A stretch of DNA of 63,379 bases, the filler included, from Lentisphaeria bacterium (lineage in GTDB: Bacteria > Verrucomicrobiota > Lentisphaeria > JABSQK01 > JAWLHB01): NCBI GenBank assembly GCA_041690595.1. It is 5 parts of 5 records of this genome, joined end to end, with 100 filler letters (N's around TTAATTAATTAA, not from the genome) between each part and the next. Parts side by side here need not be neighbours in the genome. Positions count along the whole stretch, not along the records: positions 17,230 to 31,451 come from JAWLHB010000077.1; positions 31,552 to 45,492 come from JAWLHB010000078.1; 3 more parts are not named here. One strand, 5' to 3'. Each line of letters starts with the position of its first letter. Position 1 is the first letter of the stretch. Below are positions 30,904 to 40,062 of the stretch, piece by piece. A program made the translations under genes and the position numbers. The notes beneath the pieces are model-generated. The model was given only the letters and a program-made list of their open reading frames with translations. It did no database searches and had not been told where the DNA came from.

Positions 30904-31129
30904 TTCCCCTCCCGCGCCTTCCCGCACTCCGTCGCATCCCACCGCGACTATGGTTTTCATTCGAGATCGGATATCCCCAAGGGGATGGATCTGTTTTGAC
31001 CTTCACCTATGCGGGACAAGATCGCTTGTCCATCATGAAACGTGGTTTCGTGCTGGACAACGTCTTTTGTCCTTCATGCATGATGCGCAACGACGATGAC
31101 CAACTCGCAATCCCACTCAGGGTCAACGG

Positions 31130-31402
31130 TCATCCGCTTTTTCCGTCCACAGCACCGGAGTTGTTGCGTTCCCATTCGTCGACCTGATCGATCAGGGTGA
31201 GATAACCAAGGCGAACGGCTTCGCCGGCAGGTACGCGAGAGGGTTGCAGTGAATCGCCATGAAAAGGCATCTCAGGCCACGGGCCTTGGTGCTGTCGCAT
31301 TTCCCGCAGTCCTTCCGGAGTTGTCAACAGGATATGGTGCCGCGCGCCGTTGACTAGCCCAACTTCAGCACTTTTCGATGATTTTGAGGCTGAGTGTTTC
31401 AT
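31130..31402 (-). CDS. Hypothetical protein (90 aa), may be partly mobile-element derived
   Basis: AGGAG RBS before ATG; lies in a lower-GC stretch after the tRNA; no recognisable motif. Confidence 0.3.
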   Translation of the reverse strand: MKHSASKSSKSAEVGLVNGARHHILLTTPEGLREMRQHQGPWPEMPFHGDSLQPSRVPAGEAVRLGYLTLIDQVDEWERNNSGAVDGKSG

Positions 31403-31451
31403 TTTTCGTCACTCCTGGCTCTCTGGGGTATGCCAGGATCGTTGAGGCTTC

Positions 31452-31551
31452 NNNNNNNNNNNNNNNNNNNNNNNNNNNNNNNNNNNNNNNNNNNNTTAAT
31501 TAATTAANNNNNNNNNNNNNNNNNNNNNNNNNNNNNNNNNNNNNNNNNNNN
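31452..31551. other. Artificial contig linker
   Basis: Ns + TTAATTAATTAA. Confidence 0.98.
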
Positions 31552-31679
31552 CAACGCAATGCTCACGCCCCGATGGACTGCAGGCACCACCATGGTGACG
31601 AGTGGCCGCGTGCGCGAACTTGAGCGAGAGCATGATTCGTCAGCACTGCCATGATGGAATCTCCTTTTGCATGGGTTGG

Positions 31680-31760
31680 GTCATTTCCTGCACAGTATAC
31701 TTGCGAATTGCTGCTGAGCGAATAGCGTAATCTGCACAAGACCTGTCACTTCCTGCAAAA
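31680..31760. promoter_or_regulatory. Putative AraC-type direct-repeat operator
   Basis: CTGCAMA half-sites at 31688, 31732 and 31753 (last two 21 bp apart); GTCAyTTCCTGCA repeated. Confidence 0.45.
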
Positions 31761-31770
31761 GCGAGACGAG

Positions 31771-32613
31771 ATGATGAACTCCACCTGGCCGTGCCCCTCA
31801 CTGCGAGTGCTGCGTGCCTTCAGCGGAGCGACCGCGACCCAGCGCCCGGGTTGGTCTGCCTGCCGGGCCGCCGCCTGGACGCTGGATTGTCTGGTACGTG
31901 GCCGGCAACGGCAGCGTGTCGAAGAGGGTGTGGAGTTCTGGCGGGAGCCCCGGCTGGCTGCGCTCTATGCGCCGGGCACTCGCTACTATGAAGAGCGGTC
32001 GAGCGGCGATGTCTACGAGGAGGTCTGGATGGTTTTCGAGGCGGACGAGCAGCTCGGCGGCATCCTGCGCGGCCTCACCGGCGACCGCAGTTGGTGCCAC
32101 ATACTCGACCCCGAAGAGCTGATCGTGCAGCGCCTGCGCCGGCTGGGCGAGTTGGTTCTGGAGCAGCCTGCCGGCCATCTCTGCAGCGTGCCGGGGCTGG
32201 CGCTCGACTTGATCGGCCAGCTCTGCCTCTCACGGCCCATCGGCGACGGTACGCGTCTGCTCAGCGAGGTGGTCGCGGAATCGGCGGCGGCCGATCTGGT
32301 GGCGCGCACGGAGCAGTACATCGAGGCGCATCTGGACCGGCCGGTGCAGGTGGCCGAGTTGGCGCGCCAGCTCAACATGAGCGAATCCGCCTATGCGCAT
32401 GCCTACCCCCGGCAGGCCGGAGAGAGCCCCTATCAGACAATCCTGCGGCTGAAGATGGCCGCCGCCAGGCAGCTTCTCCTGCGCCACGGCCTCTCCGTCA
32501 AGGAGACGGCGGCCCGCCTGGGCTTCGCCAGCGAGTTCAACTTCTCGCGCGCCTTCAAGCGCCATGAGGGCATGCCCCCCTCCCGCTTTGCGGCCCGCAT
32601 GCGCCGCAAATGA
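31771..32613 (+). CDS. AraC-family transcriptional regulator
   Basis: C-terminal double HTH 'VAELARQLNMSES...SVKETAARLGFASEFNFSRAFKR.EGMPP'. Confidence 0.92.
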   Translation: MMNSTWPCPSLRVLRAFSGATATQRPGWSACRAAAWTLDCLVRGRQRQRVEEGVEFWREPRLAALYAPGTRYYEERSSGDVYEEVWMVFEADEQLGGILRGLTGDRSWCHILDPEELIVQRLRRLGELVLEQPAGHLCSVPGLALDLIGQLCLSRPIGDGTRLLSEVVAESAAADLVARTEQYIEAHLDRPVQVAELARQLNMSESAYAHAYPRQAGESPYQTILRLKMAAARQLLLRHGLSVKETAARLGFASEFNFSRAFKRHEGMPPSRFAARMRRK

Positions 32614-32698
32614 AGCCCCCTTGAAAGCAGGACGCCGCGGATTACCTTCGCGGGGAGAGAGACGATCCCCCTTTCATCCATTTACGCCGGAGGTTCCG

Positions 32699-33799
32699 AT
32701 GAATCCGCAAGAGAAGAGGCTGAGTCCATCGCGTGACGGAAGTATTCTTGATGGGGTCAGGCGGATGCTCTTCGTCGGCGACAGCCTGACCGATGGCAGC
32801 GACTATCCGGACTACGTGGTCAACACCCTCAATCGGCATCGTCCATGGGTACATATCGAGTGTCTGAACGCGGCGCTGTGCGGCAATACGGCTGCCGACC
32901 TCGTCCGGCGGCTCGATCGCGACATTCTCTCTCAGCGCCCAGATCTGGTCAGCATCTGCATCGGGACCAACGATTGCTGCCGCGGGCGTTCGACCGGGGA
33001 GTATGCGCGCGACCTGGAGTACTTGATCGTCCGCCTTCAGGAATCGGGCGCCCGGGTCCTGCTGATGACACCTTCGCCAGTGGGTGATCCAGAGCGTGAA
33101 CGGCTGCTGCGCGACTATCTGGCGATCATTCGGCGGCTGGCGGAGCTGCATACGTGCGTTGTGGCCGATGCGCATGAGCTGTTCATCCGCTGGGCACAGG
33201 CGGGCAGGGAGATGCTGGGCGCCGATGGCATCCATCATGGCGACAGTGGTTTCGAGGGAATGGCGCGGGCGGTGCTGGATGCCGTGGGCTTCGTCGATAC
33301 GCCGATGGAAAAGAGCATTATGCCCTGGCCGTACCTCCTGACCGAGTGGGAGATGTCGGCACCATTTCTTGTGGACCAGGCGCCCTCGACGCCGCGGGAG
33401 ATCACGAAATGGCATCACTACGACCGCGTGGAAGCAGCCACGGTGCAGCCCTGGTGGGATGCGCCGTTCGCCGCGCGCGGAGGCTTCATGCCCTTCTTCG
33501 GCGGTCGGCCCGCCATGCCGTCCGTCGTCTTTGGCCGCAGCTGGTATGAGGCTGACGCCGAGACAGTTGCCGAGGTGCAACTGGGCGCCAAGGCCGACAA
33601 GGTCTGGGTGAATGGTGAAATGTGCTGGTTGTCCGCGCCAGAGAACTTCGCCGGCTACCATCCGAATGCGTCTCGCTTTCCGGCAACGCTCCAGGCGGGC
33701 AGGAACGAGATCGTTGTGCTGACCTCCAGCTTCTGCTTCCTTGGCATCCGCGAGCTATCCCCGGCGGTTGTGGTCTCGGCTTTGGCAGCCAGGCGCTGA
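32699..33799 (+). CDS. SGNH/GDSL hydrolase with a C-terminal beta-sandwich
   Basis: FVGDSLT, GNT, GTND, DGIH blocks; GGAGG RBS. Confidence 0.88.
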   Translation: MNPQEKRLSPSRDGSILDGVRRMLFVGDSLTDGSDYPDYVVNTLNRHRPWVHIECLNAALCGNTAADLVRRLDRDILSQRPDLVSICIGTNDCCRGRSTGEYARDLEYLIVRLQESGARVLLMTPSPVGDPERERLLRDYLAIIRRLAELHTCVVADAHELFIRWAQAGREMLGADGIHHGDSGFEGMARAVLDAVGFVDTPMEKSIMPWPYLLTEWEMSAPFLVDQAPSTPREITKWHHYDRVEAATVQPWWDAPFAARGGFMPFFGGRPAMPSVVFGRSWYEADAETVAEVQLGAKADKVWVNGEMCWLSAPENFAGYHPNASRFPATLQAGRNEIVVLTSSFCFLGIRELSPAVVVSALAARR

Positions 33800-33815
33800 G
33801 CGGCGGGGCAGGTCG

Positions 33816-34571
33816 TCAGTCGAGCTTCCAGCGGCGGAGATTCTCGCGTTCCCAGAAGGCGGGAAAGAGGCGGACAACAGGTTGCAGGAGAGCGCCCCAG
33901 CGCGGGTAGGTGACCTGCCGCCGGCGTCGACGCCATGCCTCGCAGACACGTTCCGCAAGCCCTTCCGGGGTGGGCTTGGGCCCCAGCTCCGGGCTGGAGG
34001 CCGGACGCATGGAGCCCAGGCTATGCTCGCTGAAGCCAGTGGATATGCGGCCGACAATCAGGTTCATCACATGCACGCCGTGGGGCTTCAACTCGATCCG
34101 CAGCGTGTCGCTGAAGGCGGTGACGGCATACTTGGTGGCGCAATACGCGCCCATGCAGGCAACGGGGACCTTGCCGGCAACGGAGGCGGTGTTGATGATG
34201 GTGCCGCGGCTCTCCCGGAGGAGCGGCAGGCAGCCCTGCGTGAGCGAGATCATGGAGAAGACGTTGATCTCGAAGAGCTGGCGCAGATCTTCGGGGCTGG
34301 TTTCTTCCCAGCGTTCGTACATGCCGACGCCGGCGTTGTTGATGAGCAGATCGAGGCGCCCGTAGCGCTCCCGGATCTCGCGGATGGCTGCCTCGCGTTC
34401 GCCGGCATCGGTCAGATCCGTCGGCAGCCAGTCGTCGAAGCGGACGGTGGGCTCCGAACGGGAGAGGGCGACAACCAGGAAGCCTTCCCGGGAAAAGCGC
34501 TGCCCCATGGCGAGGCCAAGCCCGCGGGAGGCGCCAGTAATGAGGGCAACGGCACGCTCGCTCTTGCTCAT
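33816..34571 (-). CDS. Short-chain dehydrogenase/reductase
   Basis: TGASRGLG, NNAG, YCATK. Confidence 0.93.
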   Translation of the reverse strand: MSKSERAVALITGASRGLGLAMGQRFSREGFLVVALSRSEPTVRFDDWLPTDLTDAGEREAAIREIRERYGRLDLLINNAGVGMYERWEETSPEDLRQLFEINVFSMISLTQGCLPLLRESRGTIINTASVAGKVPVACMGAYCATKYAVTAFSDTLRIELKPHGVHVMNLIVGRISTGFSEHSLGSMRPASSPELGPKPTPEGLAERVCEAWRRRRRQVTYPRWGALLQPVVRLFPAFWERENLRRWKLD

Positions 34572-34593
34572 GAAATCTCCGGAAAAGCAGGTT

Positions 34594-35439
34594 CTAACGG
34601 CTGGAATCGGTTGCCAGCGCAGCGGCTTCGCCAGCCAGGACGATGGTGACGAAGGGGGTGGTGGAGGTAAAGGCAAAGGGCTCGACGGTGAGCGTCTTGT
34701 AGAGGTTGTCGACATCGACGATCATCTCGCGCTCGGGACGTCTGGCGAGGCTGCCGACGGGGAGCCCCGGCGGTACCTTGGCGTCGAAGGCGGAGGTCTC
34801 GACGAGGGTGCCGGCCATGTACTGTGCGTCGCGTGGCATGTAGCGGGCGACGCAGTAGGGGCTGGCGCGCCAGGCATTGGCGCCGCGCCCGAAGAGGATG
34901 CCATGATGCTCCGTGTCAACGATGCGGACGCTGAGTTTGCAGTTCGGGTCCGCGATGCTCAAGACGTGGGCGGAGTGGTCGGAGACCTCGAGTACGCGCC
35001 CCAGGAGGTTACCGTCGCGCAGGACCGGCTGGCCGATCTGCAGTCCAGAGGTGCGGCCGCGGTCGATCATGAAGGTGCGACCGCCATTCACCGGATCGCT
35101 CACCAGAATCTGGGCGGTGACCAGCCGGTAGCCAAGCGCCTTCGAGAGGCGGAGTTGCTCGCGCAGCTGCATGTTTTCCGCCTCGAGGATGCGCACGCGC
35201 CGTTCGGCAAAGCTTTCATTGTCGATCTGGGCGCTGAGTCGATCGATCTCCTCGATCAATTCGACCTTCGACATGGCAAAGCGTGAGGCATTGCGGGAGC
35301 GTCCCTGAAGCTTGGATCGGGCCTCGAGGAAGGGGCCGAAGAACTCGTTGACGGTGGCTCGCAGTGGCTGCTGAAAGCGTACGGCCGCGAGGAGCAGCGC
35401 CAGGAGGAGAACGCCCCAGATTGCCAGATTTTGTTTCAT
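34594..35439 (-). CDS. mreC: Rod shape-determining protein MreC
   Basis: N-terminal TM, coiled coil 'LEAENMQLREQL', 'IDRG.TSG...GQPV...GNLLGRV', 'PPGLPVG'. Confidence 0.82.
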   Translation of the reverse strand: MKQNLAIWGVLLLALLLAAVRFQQPLRATVNEFFGPFLEARSKLQGRSRNASRFAMSKVELIEEIDRLSAQIDNESFAERRVRILEAENMQLREQLRLSKALGYRLVTAQILVSDPVNGGRTFMIDRGRTSGLQIGQPVLRDGNLLGRVLEVSDHSAHVLSIADPNCKLSVRIVDTEHHGILFGRGANAWRASPYCVARYMPRDAQYMAGTLVETSAFDAKVPPGLPVGSLARRPEREMIVDVDNLYKTLTVEPFAFTSTTPFVTIVLAGEAAALATDSSR

Positions 35440-35644
35440 GATGCGTCTCGTATTCCGCCACCGGTTCAGGCCCCTCGCCGCTCCCCACACAATACCCGCC
35501 CGAAGCCCTGCTTGCAACCGTCGCGCCGCCAGTCAGATCGGTGCCGCCGGCAGCTTGTGCAGGAGTCTGCCTATTGCGGCTGTCGCGTAAGGCTACTACA
35601 TTAGAAGCGCTCTATTATTTGAAAACTAAGCTGAGGTTCCCTGA

Positions 35645-36148
35645 ATGACCATGCTGGTGCTGAGCCCACTTTCCGACCAGGCCAAGCTCTGGCCGTATCC
35701 TTTCGAACGCGCGCTGCAACAGGCGGAGGCGGCGCTGGTGCTGGATACCGTCGAAGCCTTCCGTCGGCGGTGGCGATCCCATGGCGCGCCCGTGATCAGC
35801 GCCTCGGACATGATCGACAACCAGATCGTTCTTCTGGCCGGGGAGGTGCGCGATGATGAGATCTCGGGTTGTGGAATCGATGCCAGCGTGCGCGTCTTCA
35901 AGGGGCTTCGCGATGAGCATGGCCTCGACGGCCTCAAGCAGCAGCTTGTCTACTACCGTGACCTGCAGGGGCGGATCACCGCCGTTTCCCGGCCGCGTTT
36001 TCAACTCCTCGTTCAGGACGGTGTCATTCTGCCGGAAACGATTGTCTTCGATCTGACGATCGAGACGGTGGGGGACGTGCGGGCGGGGCGGCTGGAGCGA
36101 CCTTTCAGCGAGAGCTGGCACGCGCAGGCCTTTGCCTTGCGCCGCTGA
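35645..36148 (+). CDS. Conserved hypothetical protein (W.SHG / SGCGID motif family)
   Basis: 'WRSHGAP', 'ISGCGIDAS', 'VFDLTI', 'ESWH'; recalled from Bacteroidetes-type hypothetical proteins. Confidence 0.65.
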   Translation: MTMLVLSPLSDQAKLWPYPFERALQQAEAALVLDTVEAFRRRWRSHGAPVISASDMIDNQIVLLAGEVRDDEISGCGIDASVRVFKGLRDEHGLDGLKQQLVYYRDLQGRITAVSRPRFQLLVQDGVILPETIVFDLTIETVGDVRAGRLERPFSESWHAQAFALRR

Positions 36149-36153
36149 GCTGC

Positions 36154-38409
36154 TCAACCAATCATCGCCGGTAAGGCCGGCGCGTCCTCATCGGCCTCTT
36201 CCGCGTCGGGGAAGAAGAGCCGAACCAGATCGCGGGGGGAGTTGGCTTCGGCCATCTGCTGGAGGTTCTCCTGCTTGGTGATAAAGGAGGAGATCTCGGC
36301 GAGGGCGTTGAGGTGTTTGCGTGGCTTGTCCTGAGGGCTGATCACCATGAAGATGTAGCGGATTTCTTCGGTGGTATGTCGGCATGCCAGCGGTTTCGCC
36401 AGTTTGGCCACCAGCACCACGGAGCTTTCCAGCAGGCTCGTATAGGTATGGGGCAGGGCGACGTCGTAGCCGATGAGGCTGGAGTACTGTTCTTCCTGCT
36501 GCATCAGCTTGCGGTGCATCTCCTCGACATCGCATTCGGGGTAATCGGCCGCCAGGATCTCTAGCAGCTCCCGCGTGGCGCTGTTCATCGTCTCCGCCTC
36601 GGAAAAGATGATCCACTCCGGCTTAATCTGCACCCCAAGCTGAATCCGGAAGGGCCTGAAGGCGAGCACATGCACGGCTCCCGTTGCATCGGGCGGCTGA
36701 AACGGCAGCACGCGTCCATCGCCGGCGTCTGTCGAAAGGAGTATTCGCTCCGGGTGGCGCACCTCGTGGGCCTCCAGCCGTTGGGTGTAGATCTCCACCT
36801 TCTCTTCAGCCGCGTCAATAGCTTGAATACTGGCCATGTTCAGCGCTTGCCAGATGGGTATGCCGGCCATCAGGTCTGGGAGGGTCTCCGGGTCGCCCAG
36901 GCGCTCGGGGCTCATCCACTTATAGCAGCGCGCCTGGCGCAGTTCCTTTGCCCAACGCTGGCAGACCAGGGTGTTGAGATCTTCATTGCCGGAGATCGCG
37001 AGAACGTTGCCGACGCCGTAGAGCTGCGAGTGCCCCTCGGCGTCCATGGTCAAGGCATCGCCGCAGATGACATCGTGTCCGGCGCGGCGGGCCAGGGCCG
37101 TGTTGTGCGCGTTCGTATCGACCAGAACCACGGCGAAGCCCTCTTTCTTGATGAACGACGCCACCATTCTGCCGAGGCGATGGGCACCGACGATCAGCCA
37201 GCCGGATGGCTCGGGCTCCAGGATCCGCAAGCATTTGGCGACGTATCTGGCCGTGAAGCCCTGGAAGATGACCGTGCCGGCAATCACGGAGTAGGTGAAG
37301 ATCTCCAGGAATTTGGCGTGAGCCGCATAGTCGCCGCCATGGCGGCTGAGCATCAGGGCGAAGAGGGAAGCCATGGAAGCTGCCACGATGCCGCGGGGGC
37401 CCACCCAGCTGAGAAAGAGCTTCTCCCGCACGTTCATGTTGGAGCGATGCAGGGAAACGAAAACGTCCAGTGGACGGACCGCAAACATCATCAGGAGGAC
37501 GGCGCCGATCAGTGGCCACCCGTATCCGGCAAATGCCGAGACATCGAGATTCGCTGCCAGGAGGATGAAGAGCAGCCCGATGAGCATCTCGGTCAGCTCT
37601 GCCTTGTAAGCCTTGATATGCTCCAGTTGGGCACGATCCAGGTAGCCGATGGCGAAGCCGGCGATCGTTACCGCCAGGAGCCCGCTTTCATGCGCGAAGA
37701 CATCGGCCAGGGTGAAGATTCCCAGTGCGGAAGCGACCACGAAGATGTTGAGGCTCTCGCGGGGGATCCATTGACGCTTGATCACCCAGGCGATCAGTCC
37801 GCCCAGAAGACCGCCGATAAAGAGCCCGACCACCACCCGCTGAGCGAACTCGACTATCGCCGTGCTGCCGCCGCTGACAATCCACTTGTAGCACAACAGG
37901 GCGATGAAGACGCCCCACGGATCGATCAGCACCCCTTCCCAATGTAGAATGTTGTGGACCCTGCGGTTAACCGGGGTGCGCTTGAGCAGCGGACCGATCA
38001 CGGTTGGTCCCGTCACGATCACCAGGCTCGCCGCGAGCAGGGCAAAGCTCCATGGAAAGTGGGGGAACATCAGCTTCACGACCAGGCATCCGCCTCCCCA
38101 GGTGATGAAGACGCCCAGGAAGAGGAGCCGGCGGATCTCCCGCGGCACTTCCCGCATGGCCCGGGTGTCGAGCGTCAGTCCCCCTTCGAAGAGGATCAGC
38201 GCGACGGCGAGAGAGATGACCACCTGCAGGCCGCTGCCCAGCGCTTGCGGATGGATGAGGTTGATGCCGAACGGCCCCAGGAAGATGCCGCCGATCAGCA
38301 GCAGCACGATCGCGGATACGCGCAGACGATGGGAGAGGACAACCAGGAAGACGCCGAAGAGGATGGCGCCCGCAAAGCTCTGCATGATGTCCTGATAGCC
38401 ATGCTCCAT
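36154..38409 (-). CDS. CPA1 (NhaP-like) cation:proton antiporter fused to TrkA-N and PTS EIIA-like domains
   Basis: 'ILFEGGL', 'VTGPTVI', 'WEGVLIDP', 'GPRGIVAAS'; 'LIVGAH..G' Rossmann; C-terminal 'DVALPH...HLNALAEIS'. Confidence 0.9.
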   Translation of the reverse strand: MEHGYQDIMQSFAGAILFGVFLVVLSHRLRVSAIVLLLIGGIFLGPFGINLIHPQALGSGLQVVISLAVALILFEGGLTLDTRAMREVPREIRRLLFLGVFITWGGGCLVVKLMFPHFPWSFALLAASLVIVTGPTVIGPLLKRTPVNRRVHNILHWEGVLIDPWGVFIALLCYKWIVSGGSTAIVEFAQRVVVGLFIGGLLGGLIAWVIKRQWIPRESLNIFVVASALGIFTLADVFAHESGLLAVTIAGFAIGYLDRAQLEHIKAYKAELTEMLIGLLFILLAANLDVSAFAGYGWPLIGAVLLMMFAVRPLDVFVSLHRSNMNVREKLFLSWVGPRGIVAASMASLFALMLSRHGGDYAAHAKFLEIFTYSVIAGTVIFQGFTARYVAKCLRILEPEPSGWLIVGAHRLGRMVASFIKKEGFAVVLVDTNAHNTALARRAGHDVICGDALTMDAEGHSQLYGVGNVLAISGNEDLNTLVCQRWAKELRQARCYKWMSPERLGDPETLPDLMAGIPIWQALNMASIQAIDAAEEKVEIYTQRLEAHEVRHPERILLSTDAGDGRVLPFQPPDATGAVHVLAFRPFRIQLGVQIKPEWIIFSEAETMNSATRELLEILAADYPECDVEEMHRKLMQQEEQYSSLIGYDVALPHTYTSLLESSVVLVAKLAKPLACRHTTEEIRYIFMVISPQDKPRKHLNALAEISSFITKQENLQQMAEANSPRDLVRLFFPDAEEADEDAPALPAMIG

Positions 38410-38486
38410 CCGCACTCCCCCTTGTCTTACTCGTGAGCGACTGCTCTCCCGTGCCGGAGCGGTTCCCCGGCACGGGAGGGACATGA

Positions 38487-39584
38487 TCAGCCGATGATGC
38501 CGCCGTCGGTGCCGAGGAAGATGCCCTTGAGGTTCATCTTCAGCGCATCCGGATTGGTGGCTCTTTCCAGCGCGACTTCTTCCGTGATCAAACCGTCGTT
38601 GACCAGCTTCAGCAGGCACTGGTTGAAGGACATCATGCCTTCGGCGGTACTTGCCTCGATGGCGGACGGCAACTTGTCCAGGCGTCCTTCACTGATCAGC
38701 TTGCGGATGATCGGCGAGGCGATCATGATCTCCATGCCCGGGATCACGCCCTTGCCGATCGCCCGCGGCATCAGGCGTTGCGACACGATGGCAAAGAGGT
38801 TGGCCGCCAGCGACTTGCGGATCTCCTCGCGTTCCTGGTGCGGATAGAAGTCGAGGATACGCTGAATGGTCTGGCTGGCATTGGTCGTATGCAGCGTGGT
38901 CATGACCAGATGCCCAGTGTCCGCGGCATGAGTGGCGGTGTCGAACGACTCGCTGTTCCGCATTTCACCGACCACAATGACATCGGGATCCTGGCGCAGC
39001 GAGTGAATGAGAGCGGAGCGGAAGCTGATCGTATCGAGCCCCACCTCGCGCTGTTCGAAGATGCAGTTCTTGTCTTCGAAGGTGTATTCGATCGGATCTT
39101 CGATGGAGATGATGTGTCGAGCCATGTTCTGGTTCATGTGCTCGAGCATGCAGGCCATGGTGGTCGATTTGCCGGAACCGGTGGTGCCGGTGACGAGGAT
39201 GATGCCCCGCTGCGCTTCGGCCAGTTTCAGGATGATGCGGGGCAAACCCAGCGCATCCACATCCGGGATCTTGTCTTTGACGTGGCGCAGGGTGAGGCAC
39301 ATGAGCCCGCGCTGACGGTGCAGGTTGACACGGAAACGGCCGACGCCGTCTTCGAAATGGGCAAAATCGGAATCGCCGTTCTGCTCGAAATCGTCCAGGT
39401 GCTTCTTGCCGCAGATGTCCTTGACTGCTTCCTTCAGGAACTCTTTGGTCGTGATGAAGTCGGTGATCTCCACGAGCTGCGCATCCACCCGCAGGCAGAC
39501 CGTGGCTCCTTCGCGTATGTGCCAGTCGGATGCCCGAGCTTTGACGCCAGTCTCCAGGATCGACCGGAATTTTGAAACAGCCAT
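38487..39584 (-). CDS. pilT: PilT/PilU-family type IV pilus retraction ATPase
   Basis: ASDWH, GTTGSGKST, EDPIEY, LRQDPD, GEMR, TGHLV..TLHT. Confidence 0.9.
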   Translation of the reverse strand: MAVSKFRSILETGVKARASDWHIREGATVCLRVDAQLVEITDFITTKEFLKEAVKDICGKKHLDDFEQNGDSDFAHFEDGVGRFRVNLHRQRGLMCLTLRHVKDKIPDVDALGLPRIILKLAEAQRGIILVTGTTGSGKSTTMACMLEHMNQNMARHIISIEDPIEYTFEDKNCIFEQREVGLDTISFRSALIHSLRQDPDVIVVGEMRNSESFDTATHAADTGHLVMTTLHTTNASQTIQRILDFYPHQEREEIRKSLAANLFAIVSQRLMPRAIGKGVIPGMEIMIASPIIRKLISEGRLDKLPSAIEASTAEGMMSFNQCLLKLVNDGLITEEVALERATNPDALKMNLKGIFLGTDGGIIG

Positions 39585-39700
39585 AAACGCTACCCTCGCA
39601 AAGCAATGAGTCGTGTTCGCCGACAGATGGTAACGCCGGCAGGTGTGCTTAATCTACCCCCCGCGGCGTGATTATCAACCCCCACCATCGGCACGCGTTG

Positions 39701-39799
39701 TCACTGCCGCTTGCGCTTCTGGCCGCTGGCGCGAATGAAATAGATGGCGGCGAGGATGACCAGCACCAAGCCCGCGAGACCGAATATCAGAGTTCCCAT
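39701..39799 (-). CDS. Small (32 aa) single-pass membrane protein, not in the ORF track
   Basis: Hand translation MGTLIFGLAGLVLVILAAIYFIRASGQKRKRQ*; TM plus basic tail; no clear RBS. Confidence 0.5.
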   Translation of the reverse strand: MGTLIFGLAGLVLVILAAIYFIRASGQKRKRQ

Positions 39800-40062
39800 A
39801 GTCGTGGACCATGCCGGATAAGAGGGTGAGAGTGGAGTGTGTTCGCTTCGAGAGCTGCAATCTCTACTGTAGATGCGGCAGAGCGGTCAGTGCAAATGCC
39901 GGTTGACAGGCGTACTGATCCCTTTTCAGGTGGGGCGCATCTTTGTGAGAGGCTGACTGGCGCGGCAGGCAGCGATTTGTGGCAAGGCTCACAAGTGGCA
40001 TGGGATCTGCAGAAGGGGAAATCATCACATTCATCCCCACCCCCTTCCTTCTGGAGATAGTC

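Noticed and set aside
31423..31433. CTGGGGTATGC matching the first 11 bp of the MITE TIR
   Set aside because: The match stops after 11 bp, with no partner TIR or TSD visible; may be chance.
31552..31652. Start of a gene divergent from araC
   Set aside because: The RBS-led frame stops after 29 codons; the other frame is cut by the contig end and unrecognisable.
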